This document shows, piece after piece, positions 1 through 8,591 of a stretch of 64,000 nt of DNA. The notes beneath the pieces were generated by a model, which worked only from the letters and a program-made list of their open reading frames with translations, was not told the origin of the DNA and ran no database searches. Every line of letters starts with the position of its first letter. Position 1 is the first letter of the stretch. Both the position numbers and the translations under genes were made by a program. Source of the DNA: a virus; the IMG/VR virus record IMGVR_UViG_3300032240_002045, positions 1 to 64,000 of that record; one strand, written 5' to 3'.

Positions 1-1
1 A

Positions 2-205
2 TCACTGGACTTAGCTGTGTTTTTCCCCGATGATCGGGTAGAGGAAGCTAAAGCAGCACGAGAACTTAAATCTGTATGTAAAACGTGTAAGTTCCAAACC
101 GCTTGTTTAGAGTGGGCGCTTGAATATTCTGAAAAGGGTATATGGGCGGGAACTACGGAAGAAGAACGACGAGTAATACGCAGGAGACAAAAAGCTTCTG
201 CATAG
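2..205 (+). CDS. whiB: WhiB-family Fe-S transcription factor (5' truncated by window)
   Basis: FFP...CxxC(KTC)...C LEWAL...GIWAG TTEEERR; frame is open from base 2. Confidence 0.9.
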   Translation, partial: SLDLAVFFPDDRVEEAKAARELKSVCKTCKFQTACLEWALEYSEKGIWAGTTEEERRVIRRRQKASA

Positions 206-243
206 CAAAAAGCCCCCGGTTATTAGCCGGGGGCTTTTTGTTG
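206..243. terminator. Bidirectional intrinsic terminator
   Basis: AAAAAGCCCCCGG-TTATTAG-CCGGGGGCTTTTTG between convergent genes. Confidence 0.9.
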
Positions 244-255
244 TTTGTGTTGGGG

Positions 256-1554
256 TTATGCCCAAGAAGTCATTGTGACTGTTGCTGATAGAGCTGTTGA
301 GGCTGTACCCGCTGCAATTGACTGTGACTTGACTGTGCCAGAAGCACCTGTGAGTTTTGTACCAGGTGTGATAGCGCCTGAGTCGGCAACTGTCCATCCT
401 GAACCTGCAATAACAAGTGTTGTTCCTGAACCACCGGTTACAGTCCAAGTACCAACAAGTGCTGCTGGGATACCTGTACCTGTAGCGATAGTTACCTTTG
501 TACCTACTGGCCATGTGCTTGTTCCGCCAGAGACGGTTACAGTTGCGGCAGTAGTTGTTGTTACGTTGATCTGTGTTGGCTGTGTAGCTGTATTTGTAGC
601 GCCAGTTGTATTTGTGATGTTAGCTGTAGCAAATCCAGCGTCCTTAAGGGAGTCAAGACCAAGAGCGGTTGTGAGACCAAGGATTGAAGGAACGTCGATG
701 TAAGCAACGCCTGATACGTAAGCTCCGTCAGATGCTGACAGTGCTGTAGCAAGCTGAACTTTACCGCGCTGTCCTGTAAGAAGACCTGCGTTAGCTGAGT
801 TAGTTACTGTGAACTTAAGAGCATCTGCTGAAGCAACAGTTGCTGCTGAAAGATTGTAAGCTCCTGCTGTAAGGCCTGTGATATCAACTGAGTCGTTCTT
901 TGCAAGCTTGTTCTGTGCTGTGTAAGTAACAGTTGTTCCATCGCCTGAAACTGCTGTAACCATGTAGTTACCTGCAGCTGGTGTAAATGATGGGTACCCG
1001 CCCCAACCTGTTTCATCAAGTTCGTGGTTACGTGTTGGAACTGTCTGAGTGATTCCGTTGTTTAGTGTCTTTGAGATTCCCGCAAACTCTAAACGAGCTC
1101 CAGTAACTTGAGTTGTAGCTGACCAACCCGCGTCCGCACCAAATCCTGAAAGGGATCCAACAAGGACCTTAGCAATACCTGACTGTGAAGAATCTGAAGT
1201 TGAACCTGAGTTAGTGACGGTGAAACCTGTGTAAGCACCAGCTGAACCTACAAGGGATGCAATCTTTACATCTGTAAGGTTACCTGCTGCGGTAGTAAGG
1301 CCGGAAATAGTTACGTTCTGACCAACTTGAAATGTGTTAGCAGCTGTGTATGTGATGGTTGTGCCATCGCTTGAAGTCGCTGTTACTACAGCTGTCTTGT
1401 AAGAAACTAGATTTGAACCTGTTGTTCCGCCAATATTGGACGCAGCTGTTTCTGTGCGTTCATCGTTTGGCTGTAATGGGAAATTTCCCCATACGTAATC
1501 GATAGCTGGGGATCCAGCGGTATCTAACGTGTGAGCGTTATTGTTTGTTGCCAT
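256..1554 (-). CDS. Virion accessory/structural protein with repeated beta domains and a split PASTA-like domain
   Basis: Thr/Gly/Ala-rich; repeated DGTTxTYTAxNxxxxGxxVxIxGLT units; VPSILGLT..LKDAGF and GTVKSQS PASTA-like segments. Confidence 0.6.
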   Translation of the reverse strand: MATNNNAHTLDTAGSPAIDYVWGNFPLQPNDERTETAASNIGGTTGSNLVSYKTAVVTATSSDGTTITYTAANTFQVGQNVTISGLTTAAGNLTDVKIASLVGSAGAYTGFTVTNSGSTSDSSQSGIAKVLVGSLSGFGADAGWSATTQVTGARLEFAGISKTLNNGITQTVPTRNHELDETGWGGYPSFTPAAGNYMVTAVSGDGTTVTYTAQNKLAKNDSVDITGLTAGAYNLSAATVASADALKFTVTNSANAGLLTGQRGKVQLATALSASDGAYVSGVAYIDVPSILGLTTALGLDSLKDAGFATANITNTTGATNTATQPTQINVTTTTAATVTVSGGTSTWPVGTKVTIATGTGIPAALVGTWTVTGGSGTTLVIAGSGWTVADSGAITPGTKLTGASGTVKSQSIAAGTASTALSATVTMTSWA

Positions 1555-1664
1555 TTAAATGACCTATTTCTCTAGAGTGGTTAAGCACCTGATCGGGGTG
1601 CAAGTACTATTGTCTAAGAGGATTTAATCTTTGTCAGGTCTAGTATTGGACCCCTTTTAAAGGG

Positions 1665-2654
1665 CTAAAGTCCTTTTATTTCAAAGTAATATGCTTTAAA
1701 GTCTATACCGGCTTTTGTTTGGTAATCATCTAACAGTTCTTTTGTGGGAGACCCCCAATACCCCAATATCTCCCCTGTTGCAATCTTTTTAGCCCTAACT
1801 AAAGACGCATGGTAATTGCCCCACAGCTGCTCATTTTTTGACTTATCTGGCACGTTTGTTGATGTGCGCCAATCTTTTTTGTCTGGGTCTCTGCCTAATT
1901 TGTTTTTATGAAGTAACAAAGTATCTTTTATAGAAAAAATTCTGTAACCACGAGTCCATAGCCGTATAGCATACGAAAGCTCTTCACCTTCAAATACCAA
2001 CATAGGATCCGGCAGTACGTCTTCTAACATCGATATTGGTCCAAAAACGTAATGACCAACAATTGTGTACTGTTCAATAAACCCGTTTGGATGCTTTGAC
2101 CAATCAACCGATACAGGGCCTGCGCTAACGGATTTAACAAAATGATTTGGGTCATACGGCTTAAATTCTATTTTTCCATTGTAAATAGTGTCTGTTTTTA
2201 TGTAATTATACGGATCTATAAAATCTCCGTTATGAAGGCGCGGCTTATCCTCAGCATCACCGTACCAATAAGGGACGTAAGCGCTAATAATAGCTTTATC
2301 TATATTGTTAACTTTTAAAATATTTTTATAATTATTGACTATATCCGTGTCCCAGTGTTTTTCAAAAATCATATGAGCATCAACTTGCAAATGATAATTT
2401 TGTTTTCTATCACCTATTAATTGTGAATACATTCTGGCTTTTCCAACACCTAATGGGCCGCCATAGGATAACTTTATGTGGTTTATATTTAAAGTTAAAT
2501 TATCAAGATCATGATCGATTGGGTAAAAATCATGGGTAATTATGTCAAAATAAAGATTTTCGGGAACGTCAGCTGATATTAATGCACTCTTAATAGTTTG
2601 ATGAAGATCGCGCTCATTGCATGCAGAAATTGTTAAAAGTATAGTTTCACTCAT
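1665..2654 (-). CDS. GT60-like (Skp1 hydroxyproline GlcNAc-transferase family) glycosyltransferase
   Basis: GVGKAR, LQVDAHMIF..WD and F.GEE...A.RLWTRGY.IF motifs typical of the GlcNAc/GT60 family. Confidence 0.85.
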   Translation of the reverse strand: MSETILLTISACNERDLHQTIKSALISADVPENLYFDIITHDFYPIDHDLDNLTLNINHIKLSYGGPLGVGKARMYSQLIGDRKQNYHLQVDAHMIFEKHWDTDIVNNYKNILKVNNIDKAIISAYVPYWYGDAEDKPRLHNGDFIDPYNYIKTDTIYNGKIEFKPYDPNHFVKSVSAGPVSVDWSKHPNGFIEQYTIVGHYVFGPISMLEDVLPDPMLVFEGEELSYAIRLWTRGYRIFSIKDTLLLHKNKLGRDPDKKDWRTSTNVPDKSKNEQLWGNYHASLVRAKKIATGEILGYWGSPTKELLDDYQTKAGIDFKAYYFEIKGL

Positions 2655-3366
2655 TTTTGGTTATTACCTTTGGGCTTTGTGGGTTTGGCGGTAAAAGTTT
2701 TCCTAAAGATTTTTTGTATAAATTTGGAAACGATTTAAACCCAGGCTCATTTAAAGATGATCGCAAGTTAGAGTATTCTTCTACTTCTTTGTTCAACTCT
2801 TTAGTTACAGGGGCAATTATGAACGCTGTTGAGTTTAATAAATTTATTGGGTAGTTAAAAATAGTTACGTAGGGGGTACCAGCTTTAAATACCACCGGGA
2901 CATTTGGAACCATCATTTGCCAACAATATTGAATTTGATTAAAATGATTGATGTCAGACCTTAATAATGCAGACATCGGTGTAGCGCCTTCTACAAAATG
3001 ATTGGCAGGACCCTGAAGCAACAGGTAATGATCTGGGTCTGTTTCAATGTACGAATTTAAATAAAAAGTTATAGTCCCATTAGCGGTGGTTGTATCAACC
3101 AAACGCTGCCCGTTAGGAAGAAACTCACCTTTTAATATTTTTACATGGTCTTTGCTTGTGTCTCTCACACCATCCCACATTACTTCAACGTCTTGTGGTA
3201 GCAAGAACTCCCACCCATGCCGGTTTGCCATGGACATGGGTTGACATCTATAACCATGCCCTTCAATAGTGTTATCTAAAAAATCACGTTTGATAGGGGC
3301 GGGTCTAACAACCGGGTAAGAGCACGACGGATCAGATGACCATATTTTTATATATGGCTGGATCAT
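2647..3366 (-). CDS. DUF6065-family protein
   Basis: GYRCQPMSMANRHGWEFLLP and GPAN..V.GATP motifs. Confidence 0.7.
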   Translation of the reverse strand: MIQPYIKIWSSDPSCSYPVVRPAPIKRDFLDNTIEGHGYRCQPMSMANRHGWEFLLPQDVEVMWDGVRDTSKDHVKILKGEFLPNGQRLVDTTTANGTITFYLNSYIETDPDHYLLLQGPANHFVEGATPMSALLRSDINHFNQIQYCWQMMVPNVPVVFKAGTPYVTIFNYPINLLNSTAFIIAPVTKELNKEVEEYSNLRSSLNEPGFKSFPNLYKKSLGKLLPPNPQSPKVITKNE

Positions 3367-4079
3367 TAAGCTCTTTTTGTTCCATATTTGTTTGTAACAT
3401 CTTTTGGATGATATGTTGGCGATTCGTTACGATGAGCAAATTCATTTCTATCGGTCATAAGAACTAATGAATACTTAAAGCCATCGTCAGTCACAGGTTC
3501 AGCGGAATGTTCGTATATAAATGAAGACGGAAAAAGAACAACATCTCCGGCTTTAGGCTTGTATGTTAAATCAAATTTTGGAAAAGTTAGCTCTCCGCCC
3601 TCATAATCATCATTTGGGTATCCAACTACCGAAACGGTGCATCTGTAGGCTTCTCCATCATCCGTGTGTACTTTAAAGAATTCACCTTTTCCGTAACGAA
3701 CAATATTAATACACTCATAGTAATCAATGTAGTTTAAAGAGTGTTTTTGTAAATAATGAGACATGCAAATTTTAACAATGTCGATAAATTGTTCGTACAA
3801 TAAACAAAAGTCTTCGGAGTCATCGTCTCTAGGCCCTAACATGCCATCGTTTTTAATTTTAAAGTCTTTACACTTACGGCTTTCATCATCCTGCCGGTCG
3901 TAACTTAAATACGCAGATTTCCAAGCAAAACGCGTACCATCTTTAGCTAATCCGGTTTCAATGCGGTTAACTACGTCTAACTCTTCAATAATGGCATTAT
4001 GGTAAACATAAATTCCAGGAGCTACTTCTTCAAAATCTACTTCCCACTCTTGGTTATGGCAATAAGTTTTTTCTATCAT
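3366..4079 (-). CDS. 2OG-Fe(II) oxygenase, prolyl-4-hydroxylase-like
   Basis: RYGKGEFFKVHTD (HxD), NDDYEGGELTF, FPSSFIYEH..PV...KYS. Confidence 0.9.
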   Translation of the reverse strand: MIEKTYCHNQEWEVDFEEVAPGIYVYHNAIIEELDVVNRIETGLAKDGTRFAWKSAYLSYDRQDDESRKCKDFKIKNDGMLGPRDDDSEDFCLLYEQFIDIVKICMSHYLQKHSLNYIDYYECINIVRYGKGEFFKVHTDDGEAYRCTVSVVGYPNDDYEGGELTFPKFDLTYKPKAGDVVLFPSSFIYEHSAEPVTDDGFKYSLVLMTDRNEFAHRNESPTYHPKDVTNKYGTKRA

Positions 4080-4104
4080 TTTACGCTCCTTTTATTTAAC
4101 TAAA

Positions 4105-4338
4105 TTACCATTTTCCAATTGGGCATACTGAATCTTGAAGTTTTACTTTTAAACTCATTAAACATCCGCATTTTTTGCATTGACGCGTTATAGGTATAAG
4201 TTCTGGGCACGTTTTGCAAATATTAAGTCTGGTAGCGGCAATATCCTCTGTAACTCTTAATTCTCCGCTAAGTATATGCCAAGGGCGAGTGGTTCCTAAA
4301 TTTTTTTTATACTGTTCCCAAGGAGTTAATTCAGACAT
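4105..4338 (-). CDS. Small Cys-rich protein (DUF6171-like)
   Basis: RLNICKTCP...QCKKCGC...K.KL...CPIGKW. Confidence 0.7.
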   Translation of the reverse strand: MSELTPWEQYKKNLGTTRPWHILSGELRVTEDIAATRLNICKTCPELIPITRQCKKCGCLMSLKVKLQDSVCPIGKW

Positions 4339-4341
4339 AGG

Positions 4342-4548
4342 TTACTCAATTGGTGGGACAAACGTTGAGCCATCATAAGTCCATCCCGGTAAAACTTCCA
4401 AACCATCTGGAATTGATACAAATTTTGGATTTGAAGCCATGCCCGCGTCCATTCTAGGGCCGTAGTTATTAGATACCTCATCGGAGTCAAAGCTGAAAAT
4501 GGTAAAAACATCTTCACCCGCAACACCTGCATAACGTTTCCAAGTCAT
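4342..4548 (-). CDS. Small fibre-associated (assembly chaperone-like) protein
   Basis: C-terminal GWTYDGSTFVPP, typical of proteins downstream of fibre genes. Confidence 0.5.
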   Translation of the reverse strand: MTWKRYAGVAGEDVFTIFSFDSDEVSNNYGPRMDAGMASNPKFVSIPDGLEVLPGWTYDGSTFVPPIE

Positions 4549-4581
4549 AATTATCTCCTTTTTAAAAGTTTAACATAAAAG

Positions 4582-5721
4582 TTAAATTGCGCAAAGTGCT
4601 CCGCCATCTTGGCAACCATAGTATGGAGGTGGGCAAGGACGGCGACATCCGCTTGTAAAGCCAGGGTCAACAGCAAAGCCGGGATCAACAGCAAAGCCGG
4701 GATCAACAGCAAATCCAGGATCAACAGCAAAGCCAGGAGAAGTAAATCCAGGAGAAGCAAAGCCAGGATCAACAGCAAAGCCGGGAGAAGCAAAGCTTGG
4801 AGAACTAAAGCTTGGGGCGGGAGCAGCTGGTGTCACGCTGTTAGATGCTGGGCTGTCAATGCTTGTTCCATTAGCATTTGTTGCTTTTATTTTAAAAGTG
4901 TAGGCAGTTCCATTAGTTAACCCGGTAACTGAAATTGGGCTAGTTGTGTTAGTTCCGGTAAATGACCCGGGCGTAGAAGTGGCAGTAAACAGGCTAATTG
5001 ATTTCCCACCTGTTGAGCTGGAATCGCCAGGTATAGTAAAACTGACACTTGCTGAAGTATTACCAGCAGTAGCCGTTGGTGCAGACATAGTTTTCGGAAC
5101 AGTGGTTGCTTGGATAGACAAAGATGAAGAAGACTCAAGTGAGTACCCATTTACATTTTGAGCGGCGGTTGTTACTGAATAGTAAAGTCCTGAGGATAAT
5201 CCACCGACAGTTATGGATAATCCTGAAGATGTGTTAGTAAATGCCCCAGGGGATGTTGTAGCTCTGTACTGAGTAATGGCACTTCCGCCAGTATTAGGGG
5301 CCGTGTAAGTTGTCGTTATTGCACCATCACCCCAAGCTCGCGCAGTTCCCACATCCACAGCATTTGGTGTTCCCATAGTTTGAGGGACTGTTGTAACCGT
5401 AACTGACCCGCTGTAACTTGCAAATAAACTATCACCTGCGTCGTTTGTTGCAACACCAGTAAAAGTGTAAGGGGTAGCAGATACTAAGCCAGTTACTGTT
5501 TGCGTTAACGAAATGCTTGGGGTAGACGTATAAGAAGTTGGGTTTGAGATAGCTTTATAACTTGTTACTGGTAAACCGCCATCCCAAGAAGGTGCGGTAA
5601 GCACTACATCTACACGCCCATCGTTATATGCGCGACCGGTACCAACATTAGTTGCGGAAACAACTACTGGAGAATCTGGCACTTCACGGCTAGAGGATGA
5701 GATAATTCCAATTGATGGCAT
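4582..5721 (-). CDS. Fibronectin type III repeat protein with C-terminal P(S/G)F repeats and Cys-rich tip
   Basis: Three FN3-like units (GG.PVTSY...GL..T.YTF...ATN..G); tail PSF x2 + PGF x8 then CRRPCPPPYYGC...C. Confidence 0.8.
   Translation of the reverse strand: MPSIGIISSSSREVPDSPVVVSATNVGTGRAYNDGRVDVVLTAPSWDGGLPVTSYKAISNPTSYTSTPSISLTQTVTGLVSATPYTFTGVATNDAGDSLFASYSGSVTVTTVPQTMGTPNAVDVGTARAWGDGAITTTYTAPNTGGSAITQYRATTSPGAFTNTSSGLSITVGGLSSGLYYSVTTAAQNVNGYSLESSSSLSIQATTVPKTMSAPTATAGNTSASVSFTIPGDSSSTGGKSISLFTATSTPGSFTGTNTTSPISVTGLTNGTAYTFKIKATNANGTSIDSPASNSVTPAAPAPSFSSPSFASPGFAVDPGFASPGFTSPGFAVDPGFAVDPGFAVDPGFAVDPGFTSGCRRPCPPPYYGCQDGGALCAI
4657..4815 (-). repeat. 15/18-nt tandem coding repeat (AVDPGF / ASPGF units)
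   Basis: Repeated GCAAAGCCGGGATCAACA variants on the + strand. Confidence 0.9.
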
Positions 5722-5728
5722 GATTACC

Positions 5729-6478
5729 TTAAGCTAACGATAAGTCTCCGACTAGCGCCCAATTATCAGCGTTGTCGAGCTTAATTAGGGTCGCAGATGA
5801 GTATTGAGCACGAAGGTAATAACCCGGTGTTCCTACAATAGAAGCGGTTCCCGCGCCAATAATTTGAACTTTTCCAGCACCCCTACGAAAAATATTAATT
5901 TGCGATCCCTGCGGAAAGGCAGTTGTGCTATTTGCTGGAACTGTAATTTGTAAATTAGAAGCGCTGTTTACAACAATTAAATTGTTTTTATCAGTTAAAG
6001 CTATTTGATACGCAGTTGTTTGGTTGTTAATTGCAAGATCTGGCGGGGTTACCGTTCCTACAAAAGCTCCGGAGGAGTTAACGTAAGATAATACAGTTGC
6101 TGAGGAATTTTGGAATTCAAGGAGATTAGCTGATTGTGACGCTGCCCCTTTTACAATAAGCCCTTTAGTTGTAGAGGCTCCAACCGTAATTACGTTAGCT
6201 GTGTCCCCAGCTTTACGGAGGTATTGTGTATGAGCGTCAGATACAACGCCAACTTCAAGATTGTTGAGGCGAAGACCTACTGTGGAAAATAAGGTAGATG
6301 TTCCATTAAAGGTTCCACCAGAACTAGGTGTGGTTGAACGATTTGGCTCTGTTCCAAGAGTGTTCTCAATAGCAATAACTTCAGCTTGAATTGAGTTAGG
6401 GTGAGAAGCGTCGATAATATCGACCACGTTAATTTTGTCTAAAAATCCCGCAATTGACGTTGGAAACGATGCCGCCAT
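5729..6478 (-). CDS. Tail fibre-like structural protein
   Basis: N-terminal FPTSI...H.N.IQAEV.AIE..LG, HTQYL, GAASQSANL.E.Q and C-terminal W.LVGDL motifs. Confidence 0.65.
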   Translation of the reverse strand: MAASFPTSIAGFLDKINVVDIIDASHPNSIQAEVIAIENTLGTEPNRSTTPSSGGTFNGTSTLFSTVGLRLNNLEVGVVSDAHTQYLRKAGDTANVITVGASTTKGLIVKGAASQSANLLEFQNSSATVLSYVNSSGAFVGTVTPPDLAINNQTTAYQIALTDKNNLIVVNSASNLQITVPANSTTAFPQGSQINIFRRGAGKVQIIGAGTASIVGTPGYYLRAQYSSATLIKLDNADNWALVGDLSLA

Positions 6479-6860
6479 GGTTGTCCTTTCAAAAAACTAT
6501 GTCCTACCTTAGAGGAAATGACCTTGCTTTTGTCCCTAAACCTTAGCTTTGATGCTCTCCATTTGGGCCTTTACCTGGCATTGCGTAAATTCCGCCAATA
6601 CTTGGCTTTTCATTTTCGTTAATAAAAAACTTTCTAATACCAAAACGAGAATCATTTACAGTGATTGGCTTTTCAACTGAGCTTTTAAACTCTATGCCCC
6701 TCATGGTGAGTACCGATTCCATTGCTTTCCTTGAGTGTCTATTACCTTTGTTGCTCCCATAACGCGAGTTAAATTGTCTCTTCCCGCCCTAGTTGACCCA
6801 ATCAAAGCTGCAGCTTTTTGAGCTATTGCTGTTGTTTCAGTCAAAGCTAATTTTCTTTTT

Positions 6861-7202
6861 TTAGCCATTAAACTGACGACCTGGTTTAATTCCATTTTTA
6901 TTAAACTCTGAACCTGGGCCATGTGTTGGGAGCGTATATGGGTCAAATGAAATTGATTTTTTGTCTTTAGTTATAGATTTTGAAGGGGTAATGACTTCCG
7001 CGTCATATATCTCTGGTTCTTTTGTTGAAGTGCTTTTAGGTGAGGGCTCAATTAATTCGCCGTCCAACACTGTTGTTTTTGACGTAGAACTTTTAGAATT
7101 AGTTTTTTTACTTGGTTTTCCCTTTTTAGGTTTTGGAAAAGATCCAAGACCTTTGTTAATAGCTGCCCCTATAACGGCCGCATTTCTTACCTCATCACTC
7201 AT
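6861..7202 (-). CDS. Small basic hypothetical protein (leaderless)
   Basis: ORF with TAGACT -10 element 6 nt upstream of ATG. Confidence 0.6.
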   Translation of the reverse strand: MSDEVRNAAVIGAAINKGLGSFPKPKKGKPSKKTNSKSSTSKTTVLDGELIEPSPKSTSTKEPEIYDAEVITPSKSITKDKKSISFDPYTLPTHGPGSEFNKNGIKPGRQFNG

Positions 7203-7260
7203 CCTCTAAGTCTAAGTGCTTTTCCTCGCAAGATCGGGCTAAAGACGGCACAGCAAAAAC

Positions 7261-7301
7261 AAGACCGCATAAAGCACATATCCAAGGCTTTATGCGGTCT
7301 T
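7261..7301 (-). terminator. Hairpin/terminator after the endolysin gene
   Basis: AAGACCGCATAAAGC...GCTTTATGCGGTCTT inverted repeat. Confidence 0.7.
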
Positions 7302-7313
7302 TGTCTGAAAGCA

Positions 7314-8057
7314 CTAAATAAGATCCATTAACGCTGCCCAAGTTTTTGGCCCAACAATTCCGTTGGAGTCTAAGTTAGCGTGGTTGTTTTGAAATGCAAC
7401 AACTTTTGCTTTTGTAGCCGGTCCAAAATCCCCATCTTCTACGAGTGTGAGTGCGTGTTGAATAGCTTTTACTGCTTCTCCCTTGTCTCCAGGTTTAATT
7501 TGTCCGGGAAAAGCTGGCTTAAGGGCGGGAACTGGATCTACGTGCACATCATTACCTACGTAATTAGGGCGCCCAAAACCTTCAATAAATACTGGGATAC
7601 CCTTAGCATTCTTTTTATAGGCACGAATCTTTTTTACGGCTTCTCCACCGTTTGCTTGCGAACCAGACTTCTTCTTATCTCCAGAAGTATTACCCTCCAT
7701 AGTAGTAACAGTTCCATCGCCATTATCCTTAACTACGATTCCAACGTGCTCAATTGGAGCACCGCCAGCCATAAAGTCAAAGTATACAATATCTCCCGGC
7801 TCTGGCTTTGCTACCGCGGCGTCTGTCCAAGTTCCAAGTTTTTTAAATGCGGCAGCCCCAGCCATTGTTGAAACAGTGTTAGGGATTTTAACTCCGGCTT
7901 GGTTTGCCACCCACATGCAGAAACTTCCGCACCAAGGCAAAAAGTTGGCTTTTGTAAAAGCTCCGTATTTGGTTTCATTATCTTTTGGGCCTTCTACATA
8001 GCCTTCTTCTTTAAGTGCAAGTTCTACCATTAATGCGGCTGTACCTTTGTCTGCCAT
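7314..8057 (-). CDS. Endolysin: CHAP domain plus peptidoglycan-binding domain
   Basis: GYVEGPKDNETKYG, PWCGSF, PGDIVYF, HVGIV, EGNTS; C-terminal DGDFGPAT...FQ...GIVGPKTW. Confidence 0.92.
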   Translation of the reverse strand: MADKGTAALMVELALKEEGYVEGPKDNETKYGAFTKANFLPWCGSFCMWVANQAGVKIPNTVSTMAGAAAFKKLGTWTDAAVAKPEPGDIVYFDFMAGGAPIEHVGIVVKDNGDGTVTTMEGNTSGDKKKSGSQANGGEAVKKIRAYKKNAKGIPVFIEGFGRPNYVGNDVHVDPVPALKPAFPGQIKPGDKGEAVKAIQHALTLVEDGDFGPATKAKVVAFQNNHANLDSNGIVGPKTWAALMDLI

Positions 8058-8067
8058 GTCTTACTCC

Positions 8068-8409
8068 TTAGTTATAGTCTGGGTGGTCTTCAGGCGCCTT
8101 GGCGGCCTCTGGCGCAATTGTAATAGCTGCACCTGTCTGGTTTGCCTCAACCTGTAGATCGGCGGCTGTTTTTGAGTTAACGTCAACTGCAGCAAATGCT
8201 GAATTGATCTCATCTAATGATAGTTTTCCGTCGTTCATAAACCCGCGAGCTAGCTTCTCTACAACTGCGGCAACTGCTGTAAGCCCAGCCACTGTTACTG
8301 CTTTTAATACTGATATACCGGCAATAGAGCCAGCTCCGATTACTCCAAGACCGCTAGCTGCAAAAACAGCAACAATACGAAGCAAAATATTTCCTGTTGT
8401 CTTAAACAT
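8068..8409 (-). CDS. Holin-like membrane protein
   Basis: Two hydrophobic helices, immediately upstream of the endolysin. Confidence 0.6.
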   Translation of the reverse strand: MFKTTGNILLRIVAVFAASGLGVIGAGSIAGISVLKAVTVAGLTAVAAVVEKLARGFMNDGKLSLDEINSAFAAVDVNSKTAADLQVEANQTGAAITIAPEAAKAPEDHPDYN

Positions 8410-8591
8410 TATTCATCTCCTGGGTTTCTAAGTCTAAGGGTTATGCACCATACGACAAATGATGCAAGGGTTACTTTTCCAATAACCGTTTTTGCTGAGC
8501 CTGTAAGGACAAGCCAAGCTGAAAATAATCCAACAAACGTCCAAATTTCTGAAAAGAAATCTTTGGATATGTCTTTAAAAAATTGTTTCAT
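8409..8591 (-). CDS. Small two-TM membrane protein of the lysis cassette
   Basis: Hydrophobic 60 aa, translationally coupled to neighbours. Confidence 0.6.
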   Translation of the reverse strand: MKQFFKDISKDFFSEIWTFVGLFSAWLVLTGSAKTVIGKVTLASFVVWCITLRLRNPGDE

